Positions 19,362 through 28,870 of a stretch of DNA of 64,000 nt are shown piece by piece. The notes beneath the pieces are model-generated. The model did no database searches. It was given only the letters and a program-made list of their open reading frames with translations, and was not told the DNA's origin. Position 1 is the stretch's first letter. Each line of letters opens with the position of its first letter. Both the position numbers and the translations under genes were made by a program. Source of the stretch: an uncultured Pirellulaceae bacterium (GTDB taxonomy: Bacteria > Planctomycetota > Planctomycetia > Pirellulales > Pirellulaceae); contig CAZBGC010000008.1 in the NCBI GenBank assembly GCA_964491205.1, positions 14,675 through 78,674 on the forward strand. The letters are read 5' to 3'.

Positions 19362-20414
19362 TTCGTCCCGCTGGGATCGCGATTCCGCATCACGATAGAT
19401 TTTTGCCAACTGAATAAGCAGCGGCTCAATCGCCGCAAAGTATTGGTCCGGTTGCAGATTTATTTTACTGGGACGCAGTTGTTCTAGTTGGCTCTCCAAT
19501 TCTGCGCGTTGTTTACGTTCGCTGGACGTCAGCCTTAGTTTGCGATCATTTGTGGGCAGTGTCATTTTTGCCGCGAGTTTGCCGTCTAATTGCGATCCAT
19601 CTTTGGCAGTCGCGATCGGTCGAACTCCTCGAAACATCTTGGCGGGTGTGCCCTTGGCGTCGCCATTGTCGTCAATGAGAGCGTGTTCGGTCGCGATGCG
19701 ATTTTGCGAACGGTAGAAATTCTTTACTTCGCTACTTGCACGCACGAATGCTTCGTGAACTGAAACCTCATCGTCATGATCTAAGTCTGAATCCATCGAT
19801 GAAACCGCGTCGGCAAAGTACTTTCCAAACCGCGAAAAATTGTACTGTGTGCCGGATTTCGTTGCGGTCACGATGACACGATTTTCGCCTGAGAGCTGGT
19901 TGATGAATGGACTACTGGATGACGAACAGTTGACGATCACGAGAGGTGATCCGATGGGCTGTATCCACTGCGACATCTCCGTTGCAGCAATGTCAGGTCC
20001 GCGAAGGTTGAACTTAGCAACGCGTTGGGAATACGTCCCATGACCAATCAGAACGATCCAAGTCGCAGACGAGTGTTTCGCGGCGGCCGGTCGATCCGTG
20101 ATTCGCTCAATCGCGGCTTGCAACAGATCGCGATCAGTCTGCTTACCGACTGGCAAAAGACCGATAGAGGTGAACTTCGTATGGGTTCGCTCGGCAAACG
20201 TTCTCCAAGTTTTCGCCCACTTGCCAAACTGCTCGCCAAACTCGGGTTCACCTTCTGCACCGACGACAACAATGATTTCAGTTTCGTCCGGAGACGCTAC
20301 CTCGTGCGACTCGACTGGCTCCTGGCACAATGCGGGCTGGCAAAGAAAGTTGGTTGCTATGCTGACCGCAAGGTAGAGACAGGCCAACAGCCGATTTTTC
20401 TGCTGAGATGACAT
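19353..20414 (-). CDS. Exported legumain-like (peptidase C13, clan CD) protein
   Basis: The track ORF starts at 20447. The ATG at 20414 overlaps the upstream stop codon (TAATG) and gives a signal peptide (MSSQQKNRLLACLYLAVSIATNFLCQPALCQE). The protein is collinear with legumain blocks. IIVVVGAEG corresponds to the first strand. TWIVLIGHGTY corresponds to FTDHG (catalytic His-Gly). PLVIVNCSSSSSPF corresponds to YIEACESGS (catalytic Cys). RVIVTATKSGTQYNFS corresponds to VYATTAANPRESS. The assignment is by eye only. Confidence 0.6.
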   Translation of the reverse strand: MSSQQKNRLLACLYLAVSIATNFLCQPALCQEPVESHEVASPDETEIIVVVGAEGEPEFGEQFGKWAKTWRTFAERTHTKFTSIGLLPVGKQTDRDLLQAAIERITDRPAAAKHSSATWIVLIGHGTYSQRVAKFNLRGPDIAATEMSQWIQPIGSPLVIVNCSSSSSPFINQLSGENRVIVTATKSGTQYNFSRFGKYFADAVSSMDSDLDHDDEVSVHEAFVRASSEVKNFYRSQNRIATEHALIDDNGDAKGTPAKMFRGVRPIATAKDGSQLDGKLAAKMTLPTNDRKLRLTSSERKQRAELESQLEQLRPSKINLQPDQYFAAIEPLLIQLAKIYRDAESRSQRDEVE

Positions 20415-22909
20415 TAGGCTAGCCCTCTTAATCGACGAATGCCCCATTCACCGCAAAGGAAAATAATCGCCAGAAGCATGACCCATGGGCGATGCCAAAT
20501 CGGATACACCCAGATTTCACTGACAGGTACCTTGCGATTGGGTAGGTCCGCCACAAATGCGTCCAAACGATCCTGAGCGACGATTTCACCTCCTGTCTCA
20601 TTGGCGATTTGAGTTAGCAATTCACGATTGACTTGCAGTTGATCAAACTCCGTGGCGTTAGTGTGCGCCGTCCAGCCCGACTGGGCGTCACCAACGATGC
20701 TCCCATCAGCCGCCGCGATCGATGCAGTCACACGATAGGCTCCCGGTTCACGCGCCCAATACGTGGAACGATACTGCCCGGGAGTCTGCTGATCCGGCTC
20801 GGCCTTGAGTGTAAAGGAGTCCCCATCGGGAGGCTCGATCTTCAAGGTCACGTTTGCATTGTCCAGCGGCAGATACCCCTCGTCACGTGCGGTCACCACC
20901 ATCGCGACTCCCTCGCGATTTGCTTGGCCAGCGTCATTGGAGTTCTGAATTTCGATTTCCGCGCGACGCGGTACTTCGTTCACCAGCCAATGCGTCAGCT
21001 GTCGCCAAGCTTGGGCCAAATCATCCTCGGTCATCTCGGTGCGTCGCATGGACCAACGCCACAAATCACCAATGGGAATGGCAGCACTGCGGCCCTTGCC
21101 GAATCGCTGTGCCAAGAGAGCCGGTTTCGTGCTACCGCTGGCGGTATGAACCTCCGCTAGCTTTGACGCGCCGGGTTTCAGATCACCAACGGTATTGATT
21201 GACAAAAAAGACGGCATCTCTTTCAGACGATCTTGTTCGGCACGTTCGGTTTCACGCAGTCGCACCCAAGGCTGAAGCATGCCTTCACGCGTTAAGGACA
21301 GCCGCGCGGCACTGCTCGTTTCATCGTTTTGAAGGCGACGTGCTGCGTAGGCGGGAGACAGGTCACCCAACGGGCTGTCGCCAAACGACTTTCCAGCAAA
21401 CGACTCTTGACCACCCAGCATCAACAGCCCACCACCCCGAGCCGCGACAAACTTGCGAATGAGTAGTAGTTGGTCCTGGGTGAAGAACTCCGGTTCGATG
21501 TCATCCAGAATGATGCCATGGTAGGCGAACAATTCTTCTGGCGAGGTTGGAAAACCCTCACTCAGTTCCTCGGATTCCTTTACGCCCAAACGGATTATGA
21601 CCGGCTGGTCGTATTGTTGCGCAGCATCCTCCTCATCAATGCCTAGCCCTTGGAAAAGTGGGTTGGTGCTGGTGACACCTTGATCGCGAAAACTGAACTT
21701 CGGCTCCTTGTCAGCAATTCTTAGCAGACCCACCAGTTGGACTTCAGCGTCTTCTTGCAACGCGCGACGGAGAAATTTGAATTCCCAGTTGGGTCGCCCT
21801 GCCAAATACAGCACACGATAGGGGCCTGTCTTGCGCTGCACCGTTACCACGCGTTGATTGTTTGCCAACGTGGCTTCGCGAGTGTCGCTACTGGTCAAGT
21901 CGTCATTGGTCGAGTCGTCACTGTCGCCGACACGATGCGACGCCGGCTGCAGTTTTTCACGATCGTCTTCGGTAAAGGCGACAACACGAAAGAAACCCAT
22001 CCCAGGTTTTTCGGGGCGAAAACGGAATGTCACGTCCAGCGACTCATCAGTCGCTTGCAATGAGATCGATCTCTCTTCGATCAAATCACTTGTCGCTTCG
22101 TCGCGAAGCTGAACGAATACTTCCTGAGGATCCATCTTTGTCGTTTCCACGCTGACGCGTAGCGTAACCGGTGCTGATTCGAAGTCCGTTTGCCTGGCAC
22201 TGACTTCTGCGATTCGTAAATCACGAACAGGATCGTCTTCGGACGGCAAAACTGGATACACCGGGAAACCCAGACTTGACCAATCGAAATCAGCAGTTGG
22301 TGCATCGGTCAGATTTCCATCACTAAACAAAATTGCGCCCGCGATTGGACGACCAGCCAGTCGCTTGGAAAGTGAGGTCAGACTACCGGTCAGCAATGAT
22401 ACACTTCCGTCCAGAGACAATGAATCGATCGTGTCCAGGTCTTCCAAACGGGCGTCGAAAGCGTAAGTACGTGCGTCAAACGACTGAGCTAACCGAATCC
22501 TCCATGGGGAATCTTCACGCATGAGCGAAATCATATTCGAACCACGAGAGTCACTCTGATTCATTCCCTTCAGTTGCATACTTTGACTGTTGTCAACCAA
22601 AATTGGCAGAAGGTTGGCTCGGGGTCGGGGACGTGTTCCGCTGCGCATTGGCTGCAAGAGACAAATCGCAATCAAAGCGATCGCGGCGATCTTCAACAAA
22701 GTCGCAAAGATCCGAACTGGCGTCACGATGCCGCGCTGAGAATAATTCCAGACGGCTAGCGCCGAGACCACCAAGAAGGCGACAACGATTGGCAAAATCC
22801 AACCCGGCGCTCCCCAGAGAAACTCACCGGGAACTGCAACAGGAGCCTCGCGCGATACTTCGGCGGCGCGCATTTGGGCTGGAGCGATAAAATTGAGGAT
22901 TAGGTACAC
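20414..22909 (-). CDS. Large membrane-anchored protein of Bat-type clusters (central class-I glutamine-amidotransferase-like segment; function unknown)
   Basis: 831 aa with a GTG start at 22909 (alternative ATG at 22873). TM helices occur near the N-terminus and at the extreme C-terminus (WVMLLAIIFLCGEW). The segments YRVLYLAGRPNWEFKFLRRAL and YHGIILDDIEPEFF...RKFVAARGGGLLMLGGQESF resemble the GATase1-like modules seen next to BatA proteins. Confidence 0.6.
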   Translation of the reverse strand: MYLILNFIAPAQMRAAEVSREAPVAVPGEFLWGAPGWILPIVVAFLVVSALAVWNYSQRGIVTPVRIFATLLKIAAIALIAICLLQPMRSGTRPRPRANLLPILVDNSQSMQLKGMNQSDSRGSNMISLMREDSPWRIRLAQSFDARTYAFDARLEDLDTIDSLSLDGSVSLLTGSLTSLSKRLAGRPIAGAILFSDGNLTDAPTADFDWSSLGFPVYPVLPSEDDPVRDLRIAEVSARQTDFESAPVTLRVSVETTKMDPQEVFVQLRDEATSDLIEERSISLQATDESLDVTFRFRPEKPGMGFFRVVAFTEDDREKLQPASHRVGDSDDSTNDDLTSSDTREATLANNQRVVTVQRKTGPYRVLYLAGRPNWEFKFLRRALQEDAEVQLVGLLRIADKEPKFSFRDQGVTSTNPLFQGLGIDEEDAAQQYDQPVIIRLGVKESEELSEGFPTSPEELFAYHGIILDDIEPEFFTQDQLLLIRKFVAARGGGLLMLGGQESFAGKSFGDSPLGDLSPAYAARRLQNDETSSAARLSLTREGMLQPWVRLRETERAEQDRLKEMPSFLSINTVGDLKPGASKLAEVHTASGSTKPALLAQRFGKGRSAAIPIGDLWRWSMRRTEMTEDDLAQAWRQLTHWLVNEVPRRAEIEIQNSNDAGQANREGVAMVVTARDEGYLPLDNANVTLKIEPPDGDSFTLKAEPDQQTPGQYRSTYWAREPGAYRVTASIAAADGSIVGDAQSGWTAHTNATEFDQLQVNRELLTQIANETGGEIVAQDRLDAFVADLPNRKVPVSEIWVYPIWHRPWVMLLAIIFLCGEWGIRRLRGLA

Positions 22910-22930
22910 AGTGTTACGACTAGCCGTGGC

Positions 22931-25900
22931 TTAACGTCCGCTCCCCAAGCTCTCGTAGTATTTCTGCACCGCCTCGGTGAACTCGCTGGGTACCGGGTCT
23001 CGATCGATCGGCACCAATGCGTTTTTCTCCGCCGATTGTCGCAGTAACTCTTCTTGCATATCTCGGCGCAATTCTCGCAGTGGCACCGCAATCATCTCTT
23101 CGACAAGTCGCCATTGCGGGTTCTTTGAATTTCGTTTCACCTCCACCCGTACTTCCTTAGCTCGATCACGAATGCGAGCTGCACGGGATCTCAGTTCGAG
23201 GTTGCCTACCATTTCTTCGACATCGCGCAAGCGATCCGACCACTCTCGAAAACCATCTCCGGTTAATGGTTGTGCTGAGGGACTACTTCCAGGAGCATCC
23301 TGGGGCCTATCCGCTGCGAACCGATTCAATACACCTCGCTGGCTTGGCTGCCCCGATCGTGGCTGGCCGTCTTGGTCAGATCTTCGTGGCTGCTCTGATC
23401 CCCGTCCCGGTCCCGGACTCTGGCCCGGTCCCGGACTCTGTTCCTGTTTTGGGCTCTGTCCTGAGCCCTGTCCGGGTTGGTCACTCGGTTTTCCGCTGGA
23501 CGGATCACGCGCGGACTCTTCGGCTTTCGCTTCCTGGTAACTCTTGGACTTCGACTCGCCCTGACCGGGCTTTTCCTGACCCTTTAGTCGATCTTTTTGC
23601 TCGCCATTTTGGGGTTCTTGGCCAGTCGTTTTTCCAGGCGGATTCTTGCCGCGATCCGCTTGAACTCCTCGATTCGTTTGGGCAGACGGATCCGACTCTT
23701 GAATTTCGCGATCCAAGTCTTGACTTAGCTGATCCAACTCGCCCAAGGCCCTTCGCAACGCTTCGGTCTCATCGCCCAAAACAGATTTTGCGGCGGACTC
23801 CAGGTCCTCTTTCAGCTGCTCGATTCCTTCGCGAGCCGGTTCTTCGCTCTTCCTGGCCTCCTCCGCAAAACCTCGTTTAAGAAGCTCTGACGTATCGCTT
23901 AACTTTTGATCGACTTGCCGCTGCTGTGTTTTTCGGAACGAGTCGTAGAGTTTTTGAGCAAGCAGCGGTTCGGCGTCCTCAGCTTCCTGGACGGTTTGTT
24001 GCATCTGCTCCATCAATTCCGAGAGTTTCTCGCGTTGCCCACGAATCGAATCTTCCATATCACTCGGTTCGTCCTCACTACGTAGCCCTGGCGAAGCCTT
24101 TGAAGGCTGAGTTTCCGCCATCTCTTTCCCGATCTGCTCCTGTGCGTCGCTCAACTCTTGGGCGGCAGACCGCATGTCCCGAACTCTCTGGTCGAACTCA
24201 CCAGCAGCCCTCTGACGAAATTCGTCTCGCATCTCTTCAAACTCGCGTTCCGCCCGCTTTCCTGCCGTCAGTGCTTTGGAAGCGTCGTTTTGCTCCAACG
24301 CTTCGGTCGCTTTACGCACGTTCTCGCGATTTTGATCCAGCTTTTCACTTTCTTCGCCCATCGTTTCTGCATTCTCGGGCGAATTCATGCGTTCGGAAAG
24401 TTCATCAGTCTCACGCAAAAGATCCTGTTGTTGATCGCGCAATCGCTTCAATTGTTGTTCAACTTCTTTTCGCTCCTCTTCCGTCTCCGCCTGCTCGAGC
24501 GCCGACTGCAGCTCTGCCAACTGTTTGTTCAGATCTTCCTGGCGCCGGGCAAGCTCTTTCAAGCGACTGAGGACTTGACGATTTTCTCGTTGCTCTTGCT
24601 CTTGAGCGCTATCGGCTTGGGCTTGCTGCTGCGTTTCGTAGCGATTTTCTTCCTGGTCAAGTTCTAAGTCATCCAACTGTTTTTGACGACGCTTTTGCGA
24701 AGCACCTGCTTGGCTCTGGTTTTGTTTTTGTTGCTGCCGAGTGATCTGAAACTCCCTAGCACGCAATTTCAATAGGCCGGCGTAGGCGGCTTGTTCAAAC
24801 GTCATGGCTTGCGGCAAGATTTTGGACGTTTGAGCTTGGTGGGCAGCTTTCAACATCGAGTGCGCAGACTCCATCGCCTTTGCAACCGTTGCGGCGAACG
24901 CTTGCGACTGCTCATCATTCAATTCGGCAGTCATCTCGGAAAGCTGACTGATTGCATCGGCTTGAGATTCAGCCAACAGCAATACGTTCGCCTGAAACTG
25001 ATCTGACACGGACTCACCACGCTCATCGCGAATAACGGTCCAAGTCGCATTGATTATCTCTTTCTGTAGCTCTGCCAGTTTCTCAGCCTCTTGGGCTTTG
25101 GGACTTGGCTGCGAGGGCGGACCGCTGGGCGGTGGTTCGCCTTCGCGAAAGATCTCTTCAAACGGACGCACGTCGGCGAAAAACATGTCGCTCTGTGTTC
25201 TGCGTGGCTGGCCGTCCGGCCCGACGTCTTCGGCCCAGAAATGGTACGACAACAGTTGATCGGGTTTGGCATCCAGTTCTTCCAGTGCAATCAGATGCTG
25301 GATCCTATGTTTGGACCCTCGCTGGATGTTGGTGCCCAGCACGACATCGGTCACATCTTTGGACGCGAACGTGTAAGACAGTCCCACTTGTTCAACGCCA
25401 AAGTCATCGCGCACTTCGACCCCCAAAGGAAGTTCTTCCAAGGGTGAGACGCTGGTGTCGCGTGCATTGGCAAGTTTTAACTTGGGTGGATGGTTCGGCA
25501 AGACCTTGGCAACCAACTCCGGTGGGTACTTATTTTTGCGGCCGTCCGAATCCAATAGCTCCAACGTGAATCGTGTCGTTTTTTGCAAATCAAAGTTCGA
25601 CGACAAGGCGCCGGGGTATTCCGAGTCAGGTTGCATTTCAACACGTTGGCCGTCTTTGCCAACCAAGGTGCAGGATGCTACCGGCTTGTTCAAAAAGCAC
25701 CGCCAAGTGACCTGAGTGCCTTCGACGGCTGATACGCGCACCGTATCTTCGACGATTTTGTCTTCCAATTTCGTGTATTGCGGATAATCAAGTCCGGCAT
25801 CGCTGCGCACCAATGATGGAAAATCAAAGACATCGACTTGATAGGATTCACTGGTCCAATCTCCCGACTCAATGCGATACGTGAACTCTTCGTCGACAGA

Positions 25901-26623
25901 TGCGATGAACCCGCCAACGACAGGGTCTGACAAATTTTGTCTCATCGCCATTTTGCGTTCCATTCCGTCATTGGCTTGGACGATCAACTTCGCATCCTCG
26001 AATTCGGCGTCGGTGAAACGCGCCGTAATCGCCAGACTTGTCCCGCGCTGGATCTCCGTATTTCCAGGTTCAACGATAACCCTAAGCGCAGCAACGTCGG
26101 CACCTGCAAGCGGATTGGAAGCGTCCGTTTGGCGACTGGCCGAACCAAGCAGCAGCAGGACAGCGATCAGCACTCCCAAGGAAACACCGCCTGCGAGCCG
26201 AGCCGTCCACAATTTGCGGGCGGGTAGCGCGCTGGCCCAGTCGTTTCGCCGCGAGTGATCGCGTGCCTCGCGGACGATGCGCTGCTGTAGATACCCGAGC
26301 GATTCCTTGTCGCGTTGGTCCAAAGCCGTAAAAAGCCGCTGTTTCAGATCGGGAAATTCTTTCTCAATCTTTGCGGCGGTCAGTCGCGGGTCACGGAACC
26401 TGCGATGACACGCGAACGCTGTGACGAGAAGGACCGCAACTGCGATGATCGCAAAGGTGATTGCAGAACGTGGACCATTGATCTGACCGTCAATTGCCGG
26501 TGCAATCGCAGACCATGCCAAGAGAGAGAAGAGAATCGCGAGCAACGCAGCGAACCACCAAAATCGGTGGGCACGGAATCGCCGAGTAACGGGACGAATG
26601 CGATCGAGAAGTGCTTGATACAT
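22931..26623 (-). CDS. DUF4175-like transmembrane, Ig-like and long coiled-coil protein (1230 aa)
   Basis: The track ORF starts at 26695. The ATG at 26623 gives MYQALLDRIRP followed by two TM helices. Beta-rich domains lead to SDMFFADVRPFEEIFREGE. About 500 aa of E/Q/R/K coiled coil come next, then a P/G/Q/S low-complexity stretch. The C-terminus is EFTEAVQKYYESLG. Confidence 0.65.
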   Translation of the reverse strand: MYQALLDRIRPVTRRFRAHRFWWFAALLAILFSLLAWSAIAPAIDGQINGPRSAITFAIIAVAVLLVTAFACHRRFRDPRLTAAKIEKEFPDLKQRLFTALDQRDKESLGYLQQRIVREARDHSRRNDWASALPARKLWTARLAGGVSLGVLIAVLLLLGSASRQTDASNPLAGADVAALRVIVEPGNTEIQRGTSLAITARFTDAEFEDAKLIVQANDGMERKMAMRQNLSDPVVGGFIASVDEEFTYRIESGDWTSESYQVDVFDFPSLVRSDAGLDYPQYTKLEDKIVEDTVRVSAVEGTQVTWRCFLNKPVASCTLVGKDGQRVEMQPDSEYPGALSSNFDLQKTTRFTLELLDSDGRKNKYPPELVAKVLPNHPPKLKLANARDTSVSPLEELPLGVEVRDDFGVEQVGLSYTFASKDVTDVVLGTNIQRGSKHRIQHLIALEELDAKPDQLLSYHFWAEDVGPDGQPRRTQSDMFFADVRPFEEIFREGEPPPSGPPSQPSPKAQEAEKLAELQKEIINATWTVIRDERGESVSDQFQANVLLLAESQADAISQLSEMTAELNDEQSQAFAATVAKAMESAHSMLKAAHQAQTSKILPQAMTFEQAAYAGLLKLRAREFQITRQQQKQNQSQAGASQKRRQKQLDDLELDQEENRYETQQQAQADSAQEQEQRENRQVLSRLKELARRQEDLNKQLAELQSALEQAETEEERKEVEQQLKRLRDQQQDLLRETDELSERMNSPENAETMGEESEKLDQNRENVRKATEALEQNDASKALTAGKRAEREFEEMRDEFRQRAAGEFDQRVRDMRSAAQELSDAQEQIGKEMAETQPSKASPGLRSEDEPSDMEDSIRGQREKLSELMEQMQQTVQEAEDAEPLLAQKLYDSFRKTQQRQVDQKLSDTSELLKRGFAEEARKSEEPAREGIEQLKEDLESAAKSVLGDETEALRRALGELDQLSQDLDREIQESDPSAQTNRGVQADRGKNPPGKTTGQEPQNGEQKDRLKGQEKPGQGESKSKSYQEAKAEESARDPSSGKPSDQPGQGSGQSPKQEQSPGPGQSPGPGRGSEQPRRSDQDGQPRSGQPSQRGVLNRFAADRPQDAPGSSPSAQPLTGDGFREWSDRLRDVEEMVGNLELRSRAARIRDRAKEVRVEVKRNSKNPQWRLVEEMIAVPLRELRRDMQEELLRQSAEKNALVPIDRDPVPSEFTEAVQKYYESLGSGR
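23405..23440. repeat. Tandem 18-nt duplication inside the DUF4175-like gene
   Basis: tCCCGGTCCCGGACTCTG (23405-23422) is followed by gCCCGGTCCCGGACTCTG (23423-23440), 17/18 identical. It encodes QSPGPG-QSPGPG on the minus strand. Confidence 0.8.
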
Positions 26624-26664
26624 AGTAGTGAATCTAGTCGTTTGTTCGTTATTCGGATTCATTC

Positions 26665-26688
26665 TCCCAGTGGAAGAGTGAAACCTGG
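26665..26688. repeat. Intergenic motif copy A (TCCCAGTGGAAGAGTGAAacctgg)
   Basis: It lies in the 93-nt spacer between the BatA/vWA gene and the DUF4175-like gene. 17 of 18 positions match copy B. Confidence 0.5.
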
Positions 26689-26716
26689 CCTTCAATAAGT
26701 AAGCGAACTGGCGAAA

Positions 26717-28870
26717 CTAAACTGCCTCCGCTTTAGAGCGTGAATTCATTGTGCCCCCGCGGCTTAGCAACCCACCCCAGATCGTCTCCAGAGCAAGTAA
26801 CCCCAGGGCGGCTACCAGTAGCCATTGCCAAATCTTCTGCTGTTTTTCCAACTCAACATCGCGAAGTTGCCGTCGGGTCGATTCGCTTGGAAGTGCTGAT
26901 GAGGGCGTCCCCAGCGTGATCCCAAACCGTTCAAAAACCTCTCTTTCTAGCGGCGATGTATTGGATTCAGAACGCGCGACGTTCACGGCAAAGCGTTGTG
27001 TGGTGTCGTTGTCCTTGAAGTTGAAAATTCCTGGCTCATTGATGCGTCTAACATCGTTGGCGGATGCAAATGAAAACGACTTTCCATCGGGATGGCTCAC
27101 CACGGCTGTCGGCGATGGAGCAAAGGGGAGAGCCCCACCAACGGCGAACGATGATTGAGTGTTTGTGCTGCTGCTTAGTCGCCCAAAAAAACTATAGACC
27201 AACGGCAGAAACTTCGTTGACAAGGCAAGCTGACTTTCCGCAGGGTGCCAACCAGAGGCAAGCACCCAGACCCTGCCGCTTCCCGATTGGTGCTCCAAAA
27301 GGGCCGGATCCCCATTGTCAAAGTTAGCTATCACCGACCAAGCTTTGGGTACATTTTGGATCTTCCGATGCGACCAAAATCGGACCTTGGTAAAGTCGTT
27401 GAATTTTGGATCTGCCATGCTCTGAAAAACGGGATGCGTGAACCGAATGTCCGCCAGCATCGAGTAGTCGTCGATCTCAGCTTCGGAAATCGCAAATGAC
27501 TCTGCCGATGAATCAGATATCGAAGTGATTGTCGCTCGCAGCTTACTCGCCTCCGAATTCGACAAGACAAACAGCACTCTTCCGCCCAACGCGGCATACT
27601 CTCGCAATTGGTCCGTCGCACTTTCTGAAACAGAATCGGCGATCACGATTAATGGGGTCGTTCTAGGAGGTGGCGCCGCCGCAAAATCTGCTGGGTCTAC
27701 CTGGGTGATCGTCACATTCACACGCTTGTTAGAGATCGGCACTCGTTGGAGGTAATACAACAAGCTGTTTCGAGCGACCGACTCTTCGCTCGGGCTCTTT
27801 GAATCAGAGTCCCCCATGCTCTTGCCGATAAATAGCAACGAAACCGGCCTGGGTTCATTGGCGACAAGATGCCACTGATTGTCGAACGAATGGTCATCAC
27901 CTTGAAGGACCAACGATGTTACGGACGCACTGGGCAGTGGCATTCGCACGACGCGGCTTTCGCCTGGAGGAACCTGTACCGGCAATTGAGTCTCAGCGTC
28001 GCTCCCGAGGCTGCTGACGTAGCCAAGCGTGAATCTCGCCGACTGACTGTCGGGAGCATTGCTCACCCGAACTCGAATACGGTCTGACTTCTCGGCGAAA
28101 CGACTCTCCGAGAGAATCTGCGCCGCCGCGTTCGTCGTCTGTGCAACGCTAACGCGGCGAGTTTCTAACGTGAGTGCTTTTGGCCATGTGAACTGTTGCA
28201 GACTTTCAATTTCTGCGCCTTGCTGCATGTCGCTGATCAGTATCAACGTTGCGTTGCGGTCATCGACAGCAACGTCGCCTGAGATGACCGGATCGTTCGC
28301 TTGCTGCCCAGCGACTAAATCGGCTGCGAAGCTGATCGCTTGTCCCATCTGCGTCGCAAACCAGGTTGGAGACGTGCCTTGAATCGCCGCCAAAGCGGTC
28401 TGGTTTCGCATGGACGTGGTCAGCTGTGTTGATTGCTCGAAGCTAAACAACACTTGCGGCTCTTCGTCAAAGGCGACAATGGCCAGTTCATCTTCCGCGT
28501 TAAGATCATCGATGATCTTGGTCGCTTCAAGGACTGCAGACTGCCAAAGATTTTGCCGCTGCATGCTCGCGCTTTTGTCGACGACGAGAACGATCCGACG
28601 CCCTCGTTTTTCAGAGGTGGACGTTGCGGTCGTTCTCAGAAAGGGGCGAGCGAAAGCGGCCGCCAGTAACATCAGAGCCAGCGCACGCATCAATAGAAGC
28701 GGCCAGTTTTCCAAGCGGCTTCGTCGCGTCAAACGCGGCGGTGTAGCCTGCAAAAACATGTGAGAGCTAAACGTTATCGCTCCCGTGGGGCGACGACGTA
28801 TCAGGTGAAACAAAATGGGCAATCCAACAGCCAACGCACCGAGAAGATAAAAAGGAGCAAGCAGACTCAT
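26717..28870 (-). CDS. BatA-type N-terminal double-TM domain protein with vWA domain
   Basis: 717 aa. The N-terminus MSLLAPFYLLGALAVGLPILFHLIRRR is the aerotolerance-regulator (BatA_N) signature. It is followed by RIVLVVDKSASM (vWA MIDAS-like DxSxS). A C-terminal TM helix is present. Confidence 0.8.
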   Translation of the reverse strand: MSLLAPFYLLGALAVGLPILFHLIRRRPTGAITFSSHMFLQATPPRLTRRSRLENWPLLLMRALALMLLAAAFARPFLRTTATSTSEKRGRRIVLVVDKSASMQRQNLWQSAVLEATKIIDDLNAEDELAIVAFDEEPQVLFSFEQSTQLTTSMRNQTALAAIQGTSPTWFATQMGQAISFAADLVAGQQANDPVISGDVAVDDRNATLILISDMQQGAEIESLQQFTWPKALTLETRRVSVAQTTNAAAQILSESRFAEKSDRIRVRVSNAPDSQSARFTLGYVSSLGSDAETQLPVQVPPGESRVVRMPLPSASVTSLVLQGDDHSFDNQWHLVANEPRPVSLLFIGKSMGDSDSKSPSEESVARNSLLYYLQRVPISNKRVNVTITQVDPADFAAAPPPRTTPLIVIADSVSESATDQLREYAALGGRVLFVLSNSEASKLRATITSISDSSAESFAISEAEIDDYSMLADIRFTHPVFQSMADPKFNDFTKVRFWSHRKIQNVPKAWSVIANFDNGDPALLEHQSGSGRVWVLASGWHPAESQLALSTKFLPLVYSFFGRLSSSTNTQSSFAVGGALPFAPSPTAVVSHPDGKSFSFASANDVRRINEPGIFNFKDNDTTQRFAVNVARSESNTSPLEREVFERFGITLGTPSSALPSESTRRQLRDVELEKQQKIWQWLLVAALGLLALETIWGGLLSRGGTMNSRSKAEAV

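Noticed and set aside
23380-23480. Short direct repeats that might suggest a CRISPR or VNTR locus. The same applies to the QQTYQP-coding repeats at 47188-47316 and 49570-49730.
   Set aside because: All are in-frame coding low-complexity repeats with no spacer/repeat architecture. No cas genes are present.
22977-25715. Chain of plus-strand ORFs (187, 204, 214, 169 aa and others) opposite the DUF4175-like gene
   Set aside because: They are antisense to a long biased-composition coiled-coil CDS. The products are Ser/Arg/Leu/Phe-rich with no recognisable motifs, and they overlap one another in different frames.
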